DNA of 64,000 nucleotides from Raillietiella orientalis (taxonomy: Eukaryota). Below are positions 1 through 13,210 of this stretch, in pieces. Location: contig JAYWIR010000091.1 in NCBI GenBank assembly GCA_036172245.1, positions 1 to 64,000 on the forward strand, read 5' to 3'. The notes beneath the pieces are model-generated. The model was not told the origin of the DNA, made no database searches, and saw nothing but the letters and a program-made list of their open reading frames with translations. The position numbers and the translations under genes are program-made. How positions within the stretch are numbered: position 1 is the stretch's first letter; each line of letters starts with the position of its first letter.

Positions 1-2394
1 AACAACTTACGTCCCATCACAATAGTGAATGCGGATGCCAAATTGATAACTAAGGTTTGGACTGAGCGCTTGGGACGAGTTGCAAACGCCTTCATCAGCC
101 CGGAACAGACGTATGCTGTTCCGGGGCGAAGCATGAAGGCGAACCTGTTACACGCTTCCACCTGGCTAGAGCTCCAACACGAAAGGGGCTTGATGAGCAC
201 CGCGAATTCCGGTGAGTCCGTCAGTCATGCGACAGATGGTCGGATGAAGGAGGGAGCACTTGCGGTCGCTGTCGACTTGCGTAAAGCATTCGACAGCGTC
301 GACCAGAATCTCCTGCTGGAGCTTTTGGAACGCTTGGGCTTCCCGTCCTCATTATTGGCCTATCTGCGCTCTAGCTGACGCGATTCGCAAATCAATGTAA
401 CTTTCAGCGGACATACTGTTCACGGCGTGCCGGTGCGACGTGGGATCCGCCATGGAGACAGCCTGAGCCCCTTGCTCTTCAGTACCTACTTTGAGTTGGT
501 ACTGAGTGCGTACAGGGGAACTCTGGCACACCTGCCGCATGAATTCGCCGGAACGCCTGCGGTTTCAGAATATGCGGACGACCTCCTGCTACTGCTCCCT
601 ATGTCAGCCCCGGCTTCGGCGGTCCAGAATTGATTCGACCAGCTGAATCGAGGAACCGGACTTACGGTGAACTGGGCGAAGTCGTCCGTGATGCCAGTTG
701 GTGCGGCGTGGGCAGGGCAGCAGGACTGGGTCCGTTTGGGGTTATCCACGGTGAGGTACTTCAAGTACCTTGCTGTGCCGCTGGGAAACTACTTCCCTGC
801 GAAAGCGTGTTCCGGCTGCCTTCAAAAAGTAGAGACGGCTATCGGCCCGTTCCGAGGCGGCAGGTTTTTCTTCCTGAACGGGCCGCGGTTTGGATCTCCT
901 TCGCGGCTCCTCTCCTCCGTTCCCTGCTTTGTGTTTGCCTCCCCCACAGAGAGTATCAAAAAGCGGACAAAGGACCTCCTCCGCATAGCTCTTTGGGGAA
1001 GAAGAGGCCCTGAGTCCCTTTGAAGGACTTGTGCGCTCCGCGTCGGGACGGCGGTCTCTGCATCCTGACCCTGGAGCGCGTGGAAATCCAGCTGCAATGG
1101 CGGACCCACGCCATCGCAGCGCAGATGTGGAGCACCGCTTGGTGCATTCCGGCCCGCCTCCTGGCCAGGCGTGTGTCCCGCTGCGAAGGACTCGCGTCGT
1201 TTCTTCTGTGCCCTGGCCGAAAGATTCGAAGATGCGGTCTACTGCTCGGCCGCATGGCAACCCTGGCAAATGGGAACAACTGGATGGTTTGTGGCCCTGC
1301 CAACTCCTCCGTTTGGCTGGAAGAGACTGCTGGCACCTGGGCCAAGCAGGACCAGAGGTACGAAGACCGGATGAACTGCCTGCGATTCGGCTTTTACGCC
1401 CTCCGAACTCTCCGTGAAATTCTTGAATTTCCACCGAGTTGCACGTGGGCGGAAGGCACACCCCTTGTTACGGCGATGCGCTTCCTCCAAAGGGCGCTTC
1501 ACGAAAGCCGGAATCCAAGGTGGCAAGTCTGCTGCCGTATCGCAGGCAGAGAGAATATGATGAGCGGCTGGACCATGGGAGAGTTGACAGATGCAACGAC
1601 CCTTAATCTCCAGCCGCGTGGATTAAAAAGATGGGGCAAGCTGCTCGGCATCCGATTGGATGACCTGAAGTGGCCCTTGGTTCTACTTGGATCCAGGATT
1701 CTTCCCCTGAAGTGGCAAGAATCGGCGCTTCTGTGGCTGCATTGGGGTCTACCCTGCAACGCGCGCCGCTTCCACTGGACGCGAGGAAGAGTAAATCCTG
1801 CGTGTGCCAGGTGAGGGGAGCGAGAGTCGCTTCCCCACCTCTTAGTTGAATGCCCTTTCGTCCAGATTCTTTGGGATCGTCTTGAAACGGCCCTTCGGAT
1901 ACCGGATGGTAGCAATGTTGGATGTGTTTTCAGTCTTGTCTTCGTGCGGGACGCCCTTAGTGCAGCCGTAGCCCTGGCAGCACTTTGCTGCATTCGTGGT
2001 ATCGTGGCGGCCTGGAGTGATGCCGAAGATGAAGACTGCGTCGTGAGGGACGTCATCGAGTATGCTTCTCGCTTCCTGCAGAGAGCTACCTGATGGCCCA
2101 ATCTGGGAAAACTGAAAATGGAACTAGAAGGCATCCTGCAAAGGATGGGCGCTCCCAGCAGTTTTCTGTGATCCCTTCCCAGCCTTCCAAACTTTTTTTT
2201 GTTGTTTGCTTTTTTCTCTTTTATTTTATTTTTGTTTTCTCCCCAATCCCCCTTCACTGCCGAGGAGAGCAACAGCGGGCTGCGTCCCGGTGTCTCGGCA
2301 ATTCCAGTATATCGTGGCCGTCAGTGGGGCCTTGTACCACGTTCTGTAGTGACCGTCGAAATGTTTTTAATAAACGTCCCGACGTATCCAGGTG
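1..2394 (+). mobile_element. Non-LTR retrotransposon 3' half (RT to 3' end), degenerate; alpha/beta chimera
   Basis: Broken ORFs carry SPEQTYAVPGRS, VDLRKAFD, GIRHGDSLSP, YADD and C-terminal CAR*GERESLPHLLVEC; T-tract 3' UTR; AATAAA 2369-2374 then hairpin and GGTG 2391-2394. Confidence 0.93.
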
Positions 2395-5010
2395 GCATCG
2401 CCGAAACCTGGAGGAAGTTGATGGAGGGGAAACTGGGCACAGAACTCTCGGACTGAGCGTTTTATTTTGTCCCAGACAGCGAGAGTCTGCAATTCGCAAC
2501 CACGCAGTAATGCGCGCAGATGTTCGCGTGCTCCTGCGAGTTGCAACCAGTCCCCCGGCAGGCGCCACGCTTCGATAGGTGGACCTCTGTCGCGGGGATG
2601 GATGTTGATTACTAGCCGAGGGTGATCGGACAGCTCCGACGCAATTGCTCCTCGAGTCCCCACCCGCGTACACAAGTGGTTATCGAGGAACACGTGGTCG
2701 ATTCTGCTTCTCGCCCCGGCTTCATCGGCCAACAAGTTGCGTGTGTGCATAGCTGCACACAACTCGTTGACCTATTGTGCTCTTATGTCGGGCGCTTCCG
2801 ACAGCAGGCGGAAGTTAAAGTCTCCCGCTCTCAGATGCGCCCGTCGCACGCCTGCTTCGGCCAACCAGTCTCGCCGCAGGGCTTCGAAGAATGCAGTGCG
2901 TTCTGCGCGCCTGTGTCTGGTGCAGGGCGCGTACACGTTCGTGACTACGAGGTCGAACGATTTGGACCACTTGAGGACAAGTTGTCCGACTCGACCTTCC
3001 TCGTCGAACTGTGTTTTGCGCACCGCATTGGCGACGGCTGGCTTCAGCAGGAAGGCCAAACCGCAGGAGTGGTTTCCTCCACCACGCCAAAGTAGCCTCC
3101 CCTTGTGAGCCTCTCGATTTCCTGGACGTCCTCTGCTCTGAGGGCATGCACCTCTTGGAGAAGTGCCAGGTCGAAAGGTCACAGGGTGTCGGCCACGCTA
3201 CGCCTCTTGCTTTCGCTACGCAGCCCGTTGACATTCCAACAGGCTATACGCAGCTGCCGGTAAGAGGCGATTCCACGCATCATACAAATGATGGTGGTGG
3301 CGTGTGTATTGCCGCTTCCTGTTCGGAAGGCGGCTGGTCGTTGTCCATCTGCGGTGGTGGCGTTTCGGCAACGACCGGAAAGTCTGCAGCCAGACTGAGG
3401 TCGATAGGAAGGACCGAACGGATGCTGTCGATAGAGGGATTCCGCGACCTCACGGACATCGCCTCCTCGCTATCCGAGCGCATCTCCTCCTCCTCAGCCT
3501 GAGGGGGAGCGACGCGCATAGGGTTGCGCGACTTCCGGCCCGCCTTCCTCTTCGGAAGGGCGACGGTAGGAGGGTTTCCGGCTTCCGCCTCGGACCCGGA
3601 AGTTTCCGGTCCCTGTACTTCCTCCGGACGTCTGACGGCCTTCTTTGCAGCCTTGGGCGGCTGCATTAAGGTGGCCGCGAGTTCCTCCGCCGCCTTCGCG
3701 AAGTTTTTCTCGTCGCTGCTGCTCGCGTGTTTGTCGCAGTATTCCTGCGGCGGTTCCGCGGCGTTCGCGACGGTTGCGGGAGTCGCGTTCGCCGATCGAC
3801 GCTCGATCGACGGAACGTGCTTGATTGTAACGCGGCATTCCTTTATGGACTCGCGCGGCGAGATTTTTGGTTTGCCGACCGCGGGTTTTTTGGGAACGCT
3901 CGCGTTCTGATTTGTATTATTATTATTTTTTTTTGGAGTTTTTGTTTTTTTTTGTGTTTCCTTTGTTTTTTTTTTTACACGACTTTCCAGTTTTCCTCGT
4001 CAGTAGTTGGCTCAGAAGTCTCCTTTTGAGGCTCCTGCTCCTTGTGCACGAGTTCTTCTGAGGTCGGCTGTTGGTCGCTCGTTTTTTGGTTTTCTGCCTT
4101 CTTCCCCTCATTTGTCGAAGGGGCTGAAGGTGTTGTGGCGGCGTTTTTCGGGCACACAGCACTAGTGTGGCCCTTCGCGCCGCAGGTTGGGCATGCGGCA
4201 TCCGGGCATTTCTTTTTAAGATGCCCGAATGTGTTGCACAGCCCACAGTATTTTTCCTTCCCCACGTACCAGAGGTCGACGAGCTCGTCGTTGACCTCCA
4301 GCTTGTGGGGAAGTTCTTTGTTTTCGCGGAGAGTTACCCGTGCGTCCACTCGCCCAATGAATGCGCCTCGATAAGTAAAGGCGTTGGGCTTCGACCACAT
4401 CGCGTATATCCTAGCGAACTTGTTGATTTCAGTGCGGATGGCTTCATCGGTCATCCGCACCGTTGTACCAGTAATGTGGATCACCATAGAGTGATCCACC
4501 GTGTGTGGGAGGAGATTCCGCCCTTCGAACGAAACGGGCGTGCAGAGCAGTTTGTGTGTAAGCGCTGCATCTTTGCAGATCAGCTCTGCGAACTGCCCGC
4601 CGGTCCGAAGCGAGAAGCAAAGAATCTCCTTGTCAGAGATTCCCATCCTAAGGATGGCGTTTCCAAATTTCCGCGTTGTAAGCGGTGAATAAAGATTTCC
4701 TACCTTGTAAAGGAGGGCTGGGTTGTAGCCCTCCTTTATGTAGGCCTGCACTTCGGCGGCCACGTCCGGCGGAGCCGCCGCGGCCACCTTGTTCCACGCC
4801 CTCGCCGGAGTGGCGGGGGCTGATTTTGTGTTGGGGCATGACCCCACCTTCATAGGTTGGGTAGACGTGGGCCTCACGTCTCCCGTCGCAGGTACTGCGG
4901 CGTCTTTATTTATTTCTGCCTTCCAACGGCCGCACTTGCAATCCACACAACACCTAGTTTTGGCTCCGCTTGCGGGAGCTGACCAAAAACGCGTGCGGCA
5001 CCCGCGCAGG
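2395..5010 (-). mobile_element. Non-LTR element 5' part: 5' UTR, ORF1, ORF2 endonuclease ending at the GFG linker motif
   Basis: ORF 3975-4946 has CGLCNTFGHLKKKC and CPTCGAKGHTSAVC knuckles; TGATG overlap 3282-3278; EN motifs NVYAP, GDFN, RIDH, SDH. Confidence 0.92.
3975..4946 (-). pseudogene. ORF1 (gag-like nucleic acid binding protein, two CCHC knuckles), N-terminal part
   Basis: 323 aa ORF with GYNPALLYKVG, VDLWYVGK and 2x CX2CX4HX4C; continues after a frameshift to stop at 3280. Confidence 0.85.
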
Positions 5011-5029
5011 TTTGCCGCATTCCCATCAG

Positions 5030-7068
5030 GTGGCCTCCCTTTGGCATCTATCCCAACGCGTCTGTTAATATTTGTTTCAGCGGCCGGTACGTGTACGGCG
5101 TGCCCGTGCGCCGCGGCATCCGGCAGGGTGACAGCCTGAGCCCCTTGCTCTTCAGCATCTACTTCGAGTTGGTGCTAAGGGCATACAGGGTAACTCTGGC
5201 ATCCCTGCCGAGCTCGTGTGCCGGCACACCTGCCGTGTCGGCCTATGCAGACGATCTTCTGCTGCTGCTTCCCGAGTCCACCCCGACGAGTGCGGTAGAG
5301 GAATTCTTCCAGTTGGTGCGCCTTGGGACTGGCCTGGAGGTGAACAGGGCGAAGTCGTCTATGGTGTATGTTGGCGCGGCGTGGGATGGATGGTCGGGCT
5401 GGATCCGTTTGGGGATCCCCACGGGCAGGTGCTTCAACTACCTAGGCGTCTTGTTAAAGGACTTCTGCGCAGCAGAAGTCTGGTTTCACCGTCTCCAAAA
5501 GGCAGCGTTGGCGATCGGTCCGTTCCAAGAAAGCAAGTTCTACTTGCAGGAACGGGCCTCGGTGTGGAACACGTTTGCGGCTTCCCTTCTTCGCCCCCAA
5601 CTTTTTGTGTGCCCGGCCCCCCATTTTATCCGAAAAAGAGCAACGGTTTTCCTAAGGACAGACTTCTTGGGCAAAGGGAGGTCCCGTGTGAGGCTCAAAG
5701 ACTTGCGCGCTCCACGTAAGGACGCAGGACTTGGGGTACTTACGCTGGAGCGTATGGAATTACAACTCCGCTTTAGGACTCTCGCCCTCGCGGCAGAATT
5801 GTGGGACACTATCTGGTGAGTTCCAGCACGCCTCTTGGCCCAACGAGCCTGCGGATTCGATGGACTGTTGTCGTTTCTGCTGGCGCGCGATCGCAGAGAA
5901 GGACAAAGCGGCTTTCTCCTGCGTCGCATGTGCATTGTGGTACGGGAGAACGCCTGAATCTCCTGCCTTTCAGGGAACTATTCTGCAAGGCTGCACGAGA
6001 CAGTGTCCACCTGGGTAAAGATCTACGTTCCGGCGGGCACAAGAAACACTTGCCTAAAAAGGCACGCACGCTGGAAACCGCAGGAGATCGTGCAGTCCCA
6101 CGTTAAACTCATGTGGGCCCTGATAAACCCCCTTGCCCCAGTGCTGCCCTTCCTGATAAACGCCAGGGACAGTAGTAAGCTGGGGAAATGGACCGTGAAC
6201 TGCACCATTGGCGGCAGGACACAACCGATAAGGGCGTGGACATCTCGGCAGCTAGCGGACGCTGCGACGCCGAGTGTCCCGCTTAACGGTATTCGACGCT
6301 GGGGCGAGCTACTCGGACTATCTCCGGAGGAGATGATGTGGCCCTCAGCGTCCTGGATCAGTGGATCCCTCCCCCTTAAATTGCAGGAATTGGCGTTGCT
6401 TGTAATACATTGGGGCTCACCCTGTAAAGCACGCCTGTATCACTCAACCCGGGGAGCTGTGGATCCCCAGTGCGACCGGTGCGGGAAAAAAGAGAACTTC
6501 CCCCACCTTCTAATTGAGTGCAGTGCCATCCGCCCTTTATGGGATCGCCTTCCGGCGATCCTGGATTTGCGCGGATGTGGCCCTAAAGACGTTCTCAGGC
6601 GCCTCTTGTGTCGTGACTCCTTGTCCCCCCCCGCTTCTGTAGCAGTCCTCTGCTGCATTCAAGGGATCGTGACGGCTTCGAGCACCATCAGAGGCAGACG
6701 TCAGCCAACTGGCGACGCCTTTCGTTTCACTCGCCTATTCGCGTGAGCTGTTTGCAAGTGGCGCCACTTAAGCGCAGAGAGGACTCAGCTTGTCCGGATC
6801 CTGAATAGGATCTAGAGCACCTATCCCCGCGCACAGTGTTCCCTTCCCTGCCCTCCCACCCCCGAAAAATTTGTTCCCTCCCACATTTCAACTTTTTGTT
6901 TGTTTTTGTTTTTTCTTTCCCAGCCCTCGCTTATTGGAAGGACCTCGCCGGCATAGAGCCGGCAGCCAGCAAGCAGTTTTGGTGTGCTGAATCCACGGGT
7001 TCTCCACTCTATAATGTATTGCGCTTTTGCTTATTTTAAATAAAGGCCCCGGCATATCCGGGTAAAAA
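5030..7068 (+). mobile_element. 5'-truncated non-LTR element (epsilon), RT C-half to 3' end
   Basis: GIRQGDSLSP, YADD, CDRCGKKENFPHLLIEC; AATAAA 7039-7044, CCCGG-CATAT-CCGGG hairpin, TAAAAA end. Confidence 0.92.
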
Positions 7069-7780
7069 CTCACCCCGGAACCCACAGGTTCTGCACCTGG
7101 GGAGGAGCACACGATTACGTGCAGCACAGTTGAGGCCGGTGGCGACCGCGCCCTCCAGCCCGTGGTGCTGCTTACTGCCCGCTCGCCGGGTGAGGCGAGC
7201 ACCACGGCCTCGCTTTCCCAGCCGTGATGAGGGCAATCGCGTCTTCTCGTGTTGCCGTTACGTCTTGGAACGTCAACGGGCTCCAACACGAGGAGAAGAG
7301 GCGACTAGTCACTGACGCTCTGCGCGCCTTCGACTTGACGCTCCAGCAGGAGATTCACAGCATCTCGGAAGAGCAGGCTGCCAAAATCAAAGGGCGCGCG
7401 AGCGGAAGGGTACTTTATAGGTGCTGCGTTGCACGTATGTGCGGCGTCGCTTTCCTCGTGCGAGGAACTTTGGCGGAAGCGGTGCGTAGCGTTTGTTTCG
7501 AAGCGGAAGGCCCAGTGGGACAGCTTGTACTCAAGTGGTCCGACTCCATCGACCTTGTCGTAACCAACGTGTTCGCGCCGAGCTGTGCTCGACGATGGGC
7601 TGAAAGGATTGAGTTCTTCGGTACCCTTCAAAGCCAGTGGCTCACCCGATCTCACCCTACTGTGGCCCATCTCATTGCGGGGGACTTAAACGTCCACCTG
7701 CTTTCCGAGAATAGATCCCACAAAAGGGAAAAGTTGCTAGCGGTAGAGATGTGCGCGTCCGTGTACGCGTGCAACTGTTT
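7069..7780 (+). mobile_element. Fragment: ORF1 C-terminus plus ORF2 endonuclease N-part
   Basis: TGATG 7225-7229; SWNVNGL, QQE, NVFAP, GDLN. Confidence 0.88.
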
Positions 7781-9210
7781 CCGCCTCTGCGTCAGAGTTC
7801 GGAGTCTCCGACATATTGATCGAGGTTGGACGCCTTAAGTCCTTTTTCGCGGATCTAAGAAGACGCTGGAAGGACGCAGCGAGCTCCTCCGCCGCTCGCT
7901 CAAAGGCCACTTCGTCGAGCATGCGTTCGACAACGGACGCCACCGCCGGGTCGATAGCCTCCGGCATTAATTTGCCGGAGGGCTGAAAGTCGGCAGCGAC
8001 GAGTGCAATTTTTCCGCTTCGTTCGAACACAGGAATGCGCTTGATGACGACAGAGCAGCGTTTGATATTTTCGCGACGCTGCAAATTCTCGCTGCGTTTC
8101 GCGACATTTTTTTTGGCTTCCTTGAGGCTTTTCTGCCTCTTGGATTTTACTACCTGCCATCCAGGTTCCTGGCCGTTCTCCTCGACTTTGTCCGAGTTTT
8201 CCAAAATCTCGGAGCTGACCTTCACCAGGAGCACGATAGTTATTTTTTGAGAGGCGGTTCTCTTTCGGGCTGCCTTAACTCTCCTTTTTCTGGCCGCGCG
8301 CTTCTTCGCATTCCGTGCGGACGCGACGCGGACTTCATTTTGCGGGCACACTGGAAGAGTGTGCCCGGGTTCCTTGCATTGCTTGCACTGCAAGTGGAAG
8401 CACCTTTTTTTCAGGTGCCCTAAAGTGCTGCAATGCCCGCAGAAATGCGGCTTACCAACATACCAGATGTCAACGGGTTCGCCGTTGACATCCATCTTGT
8501 TTGGTAGGGAGCAACTCTCGCGGACCGTGATGCGCGCGGTAGCCATACCGCAATTCAGGAGATCGTACTCCCAAAACGGATTCGGCTCTTTCCACAACGC
8601 GTGGATAGTTCCAAATTTAACTAGTTGCTTTCGGACAGCCTCTTCGGTCATCCGTAAGGTGATTCCGAAATGGTAAATCACGATAGATCTATCCTCCGTG
8701 ATGGAGAAAAGCCGGCGGTTCCCTGAAGGAACAGGTGTACGCAGCAGACGCTGGGCAAGACTTGCTTCTTTGCAAATCACCTCAACGTACCGTCCATCAC
8801 TCCTGATGGTCATCGCCAAGAGCTCCTCCTGGGGTACTTTTAGGGAGTGCATTGCTTTCGAGAAAGCGCGTGCACTCTCAAATGAGTAAAGGTTGCCTAC
8901 CCTGTAGAGTAGCGGAAGATTGTACATCTCCTATAGGTAGGTTTTCAATTCAGCCGCAGGCGCTTGCGTTGGCGCCGCAGCCACGGAACGCCAGCTTCTC
9001 TCTAGCGAGGGAGTCGCTTCTGTGGGGGCGGTTGCCCTTGCATCCATTGATTCAAGAGGCGACATAGACGTCGGCCCCTTCTTAACATTGGTGATGGTCC
9101 CAGGCATTGCTGCCTAGCTATCATTGAATCCACTGCACACCAAGGAAAAAAAGAAAAAAAAGAAAACCACAAACGCTCAAGAGCGAAACAAAAACCCGTC
9201 CGCTCTCGCT
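7781..9210 (-). mobile_element. Non-LTR element 5' part: 5' UTR and ORF1
   Basis: 5' motif GAGCGGACGGGTTTTT on minus near 9190-9206; ORF 7737-8927 with CGHCSTLGHLKKRC and CKQCKEPGHTLPVC. Confidence 0.88.
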
Positions 9211-11761
9211 CGTGGGCTAAGACGATCTGAAAAGATCGGTTTGCGAGTTCTGCAGCCGGTTCCCCTTGCGCATGCTTCCTTGTGGCTTCGGCGAGGGTGT
9301 GGCCAACAGCAGAGCGTTTCTGCAGACGCGCCAATTCTCTTGATGCCCGGACGTCCGATACCTTGCGGAGTACAAGGCCAAGGCCGAGCTCCAAGTCTGG
9401 CAGTCAAAAGCGGCTTGTCTGCCCGACGACCAGGGCCTGGAGTGCTTGGGCGCGGCCGAAGTTCGCCGCCTCCTAAAGCGCTATTACTCTTTGTTGCACG
9501 CTAGGGAGCCGACGGAACGCAGTCTCTCGGAGCTGCTTCCGCCGGTGGATTCCCCGGCGGTCGACGAGGAGGAACGCGCCACTCTTGACTTGCCCTTCAC
9601 GGCGGAAGAAGTGTCCTCCGCCATAGCGGGCCTCAAGAAGCGCAAGGCGCAGGTGAGGATGGTCTGCCTGCGGAGTTCTTCCAGTGCTTCGCGGCGGAAC
9701 TCATCCCCCTGGTGCTCAGGCTTTCTGCGCTGATGCGAGAGACGGGCAATGTCCCGGCCTCGTTTCGCTCAGCAAGGGTGCGTCTGTTGCCGAAAGGCGG
9801 AGACATGCGCCATTTAAGCAACTGGCGTCCCATCACCTAGGTGAATGCGGACGTCAAGTTGTTCTCCAGGCTGTGGGTCGCTCGCCTGGGCAGGATCGCT
9901 GGATCCGTGGTAAGTCCGGAGCAGTCTTACGCTGTTCCCGGGCGGTCCATGGAGGCGAACCTGTTCTTCGCGCGCACGTGGCTCGAGCTGCAACGCTGCG
10001 TGGCGCACGACAGCCAGGCAACCGCGTCTGCGGCTGCCGAGTCTAGGCGTCGCTGCATTCGGCCTGGGGAAGCGCCGGGTGCCTTGGCGGTCGCGGTCGA
10101 TCTCCGCAGAGCGTTCGATTGCGTGAATCAGGATCTTCTGCTGGAGCTCCTGGAACGCCTCGGTCTCCCGGTGCACCTCGTGGCGTATTTGCGCGCTTGC
10201 TGGCGCCACTCGCTCATTTCCATCTCTTTTAGCGGCTGCCACGTGTACGGCGTGCCGGTGCGGCGGGGCATCAGGCAGGGCGACAGCTTAAGCCCGTTGC
10301 TCTTCAGCATCTTCTTTGAGTTGGTGCTGAGGGCGTACAGGCTGACGCTGGCCAACCTGCCGAGCTCTTGTCCAGGAACGCCGTCCGTGGCGGCCTATGC
10401 TGACGACCTGCTTCTCCTCTTACCCATGACCACCCCGGCGTTAAGTCTCGAGGATTTCTTCGAGCTGATTCGCCGGGGAGCGTGCATGTGCGTAAACCGA
10501 AGCAAGAGCGTGGTCGTGCCTATTGTTCCGGCGTGGGAGGGGCAGTCCGAGTGGATCCGCCTTGGGATCCCGATCGCTTCGTCCACTCAATATCTGGGCG
10601 TTCCGCTGGGTAACATCAACCCAGTGGAAGTGTGGTCGGACTGCCCTCGGAAGGCTACGTGCGCTCTAGGCCCGTTTCAGCATGGCAGGTTCCTTCTGTC
10701 GGAGCGATCCGCGATTTGCAACACCTTCGTACCCCCCGTCTTGCGCCCCTTGTTATTTCTTTGCCCGCCCCTCTGCTCGGTCAAGCTTCAGGCGGACAGC
10801 CTGTTGAGGAACCCTCTGTGGGGACTTGCGAGGTCCAGGATCCGCATAAAAGACTTGGCTGCTCCGCGTCGGGATGCCGGATTAGGGATCCTGACGCTGG
10901 AGAGAATCGAGCTGCAGGTGCAGTTTCGGATGTTGGCCCTGTGCGCCAACTGTTGGTCCACTCCGTTGTGCGCTCCAGCGCGCCTGCTCCTGCGGCGCTG
11001 CACCGGCAGCGATGGACTGCTCTCACTGCGGCCGCATACGAAGCGCGTCACGAGATGCTTCGGTTTCCCCTTGAAACCGCTCTACCGTCTCCTGGAAGCC
11101 CAGGAATGGATGTCCTGCCGCATAACGAACTTTCAAGCCTGGCGGCAGGAACCGTTGCATGGCTGGGCAAAGCACCAAGATGTTTCCCTCCTGGAACTTC
11201 GTTGCGCTCACCTATCCCCGTATTGCACGTTGGACGAGGTGTGCAACAGCCGGGAGAAGTGGACCCGCCTGGCCGTCACCCCCTTCGAAGACGCACTGTC
11301 AGCCCTCAGGGCAAGAGATGACAGTTGCGAACCGGCGAGATGGGAGGTCGCCGGCACCATTGCAGGAGCAACCCGACCTATTGGCGGCTGGAGGACTTGC
11401 GAGCTGGCAGACGCCGCCACGCCTCGCCTCATCTCGAAGGGACTTCTTCGGTGGAGCGAACACTTGAGTGTGCCCCCCGGAGAACTTGTGGTCCCTCCCT
11501 CCTGTTTGAACACTTTGGTGTACCCCCTTTCGTGGAAGCAGAACGTCATGATGCTGGTGCATTGGGGCTTTCACTGCAACCAGCGGACGAACCGTATTTC
11601 TGGGGGAGTTGTCTCCCCAAACTTTAAGCGGTGCGGGGATGTGGAAACGCTCCCGCACCTGCTCCTGGAATGCAGTGCCCTTCTAGGACTCTGGCGGAGG
11701 CTGGCCTCAGCTCTCCTGCACCGAGGGGACACCTCGAGGGATTTGATGCGCCCGGGTGATA
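9211..11761 (+). mobile_element. ORF2 linker-RT-CCHC (gamma-like), joined directly to the terminal CCGGGTGATA motif
   Basis: 642 aa ORF 9841-11769 with all RT motifs (VDLRRAFD, QGDSLSP, YADD); terminal motif at 11751-11761 with no 3' UTR. Confidence 0.9.
9841..11750 (+). pseudogene. Reverse transcriptase plus C-terminal domain of ORF2; longest uninterrupted RT frame in the window
   Basis: Open for 642 codons; in-frame stop immediately upstream (9838-9840) and truncated C-terminus. Confidence 0.88.
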
Positions 11762-13210
11762 CTGGATAGATGAGGACGGCACCGCCGGGGCCGGTTGTAT
11801 TGGCGATGCGGCGACTGCAACACCTGCGGTGTTGTGTTCTTTTTGAAGCCAGCCGTCGACGCCTCCGTGAGGAACGTACGCTTTGATGACAACGGTCGTG
11901 TTGGACAGATGATTCTATGCTGGTCCGATACGATAGATATGATCGTTACAAACGTCTATGCTCCGGGCGCTAGCAAAGGGTACGCCAAAAGAACTGAGTT
12001 CTTTCAATAGCTATCGAGTTGTGCTCCGCCTTACGGGCGCGCAACTTGATGGAGGGACACCCGGAAATGCAGGACAGCATCGACCACGTTTTCCTCGACC
12101 ACGACCTGTGTACTCGAGTTGGTAAACGAGGAAGACTCTTGTCGACGCTGTCCGACCACTTCCGTCTGATGTTCGATGTCTGTCCACGCGATGAGGGACC
12201 CCTATCCCGGGTGTGGCGTCTACAGGGGGATTTGCGAGGCTCTAAGGTGCGGCGGATCATCTCCGCCAATTCCTGAAAGGCGTCAGCCTCCGGAATCTCG
12301 AGGATTGGGACATCTTCAAGCGTTAGGTCGGCAAGTTCTGTGAGGTGTTTCCCCTGGGGCGCCTTCCCTCCTGGTTCAGGGAAGGAACTCGCAACGGAAG
12401 GGCGTATTTATACGTTCGTCGTTATGCAAGGATACCCAACGTTCGTCGCCTGGCCGAGTACCAAGCCGAGGCTGAGCGCCAAGCTTGGCAGTCCGGGCCG
12501 CCTTCTCTGCTGGACGACCAGGACCGTTAACACTCGGCCCCGCCAGCAATTTGACAGATGCTGAGGGAATTTTATTACTCACTGTACGTTAGGGAGCGTC
12601 GCGAGCGGGACGTATCCCGACTGTTGCTCCCGGACGGAGCCCCGGCCTTAGGAAATAAAGAGATGGAAAGCCTGGACGAGCCTTTTACGACCGATGGAAT
12701 CTTCACCGCGATTAGAGGGCTCAAGAGGCGGAAGGCACCAGGGTAGGACGGCCTGCCCGCAGAGTTTTTTCAAAGCTTCGCGGCAGAGTTGACCCCTCTG
12801 GTGCAGAGATTGACACAGCTAATCCGGGAAGAAGGCGATGTTCCTGCCTCGTTCCGGTAAGCAAGGATGAGGCTCCTCCCCAAGGAAGGAGACCTCCGTA
12901 ATCTAACCAACTGGCGTATGATCACCGTTGTGAACACGGACGTCAAGTTGGTCGCGAAACTGTGAGCTGCGCGGCTCGGACAGGTAGCGGAATCCGTAAT
13001 TAGCCCGAAGAAGACTTACGCTCTTCCCGGGCGAAGTATGTGGGCCAACCTCTTCTTCGCGAGCACATGGTTCCATGTGCAGAGTTGTTAAGAAATAAAA
13101 GACGAAACGATTGGCAGCCCCGATTTGGGGGCGTCAGCCGGGAAGGGACAGGACTCCCACGGGGGGAAGGGTGCCCTAGCAATCGCAGTTGACCTTCATA
13201 AAGCGTTCGA
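11762..13210 (+). mobile_element. Delta-like host, left half: EN fragments, linker, RT up to HKAFD
   Basis: NVYAP, SIDH, SDH, LLPKEGD; ends GACCTTCATAAAGCGTTCGA at 13210; homologous to 44580-45410 (-). Confidence 0.88.

Noticed and set aside
6935..6970. tRNA-like 3' half on the minus strand (GCCGG-7nt-CCGGC...CCA)
   Set aside because: Loop is not TTCRANT, no D or anticodon arm, and it sits where the shared 3' UTR hairpin lies
9140..9200. A-rich tract read as a poly(A) tail or hypermutated ORF2
   Set aside because: It is the T-rich 5' UTR of the minus-strand element; the 5' motif is adjacent
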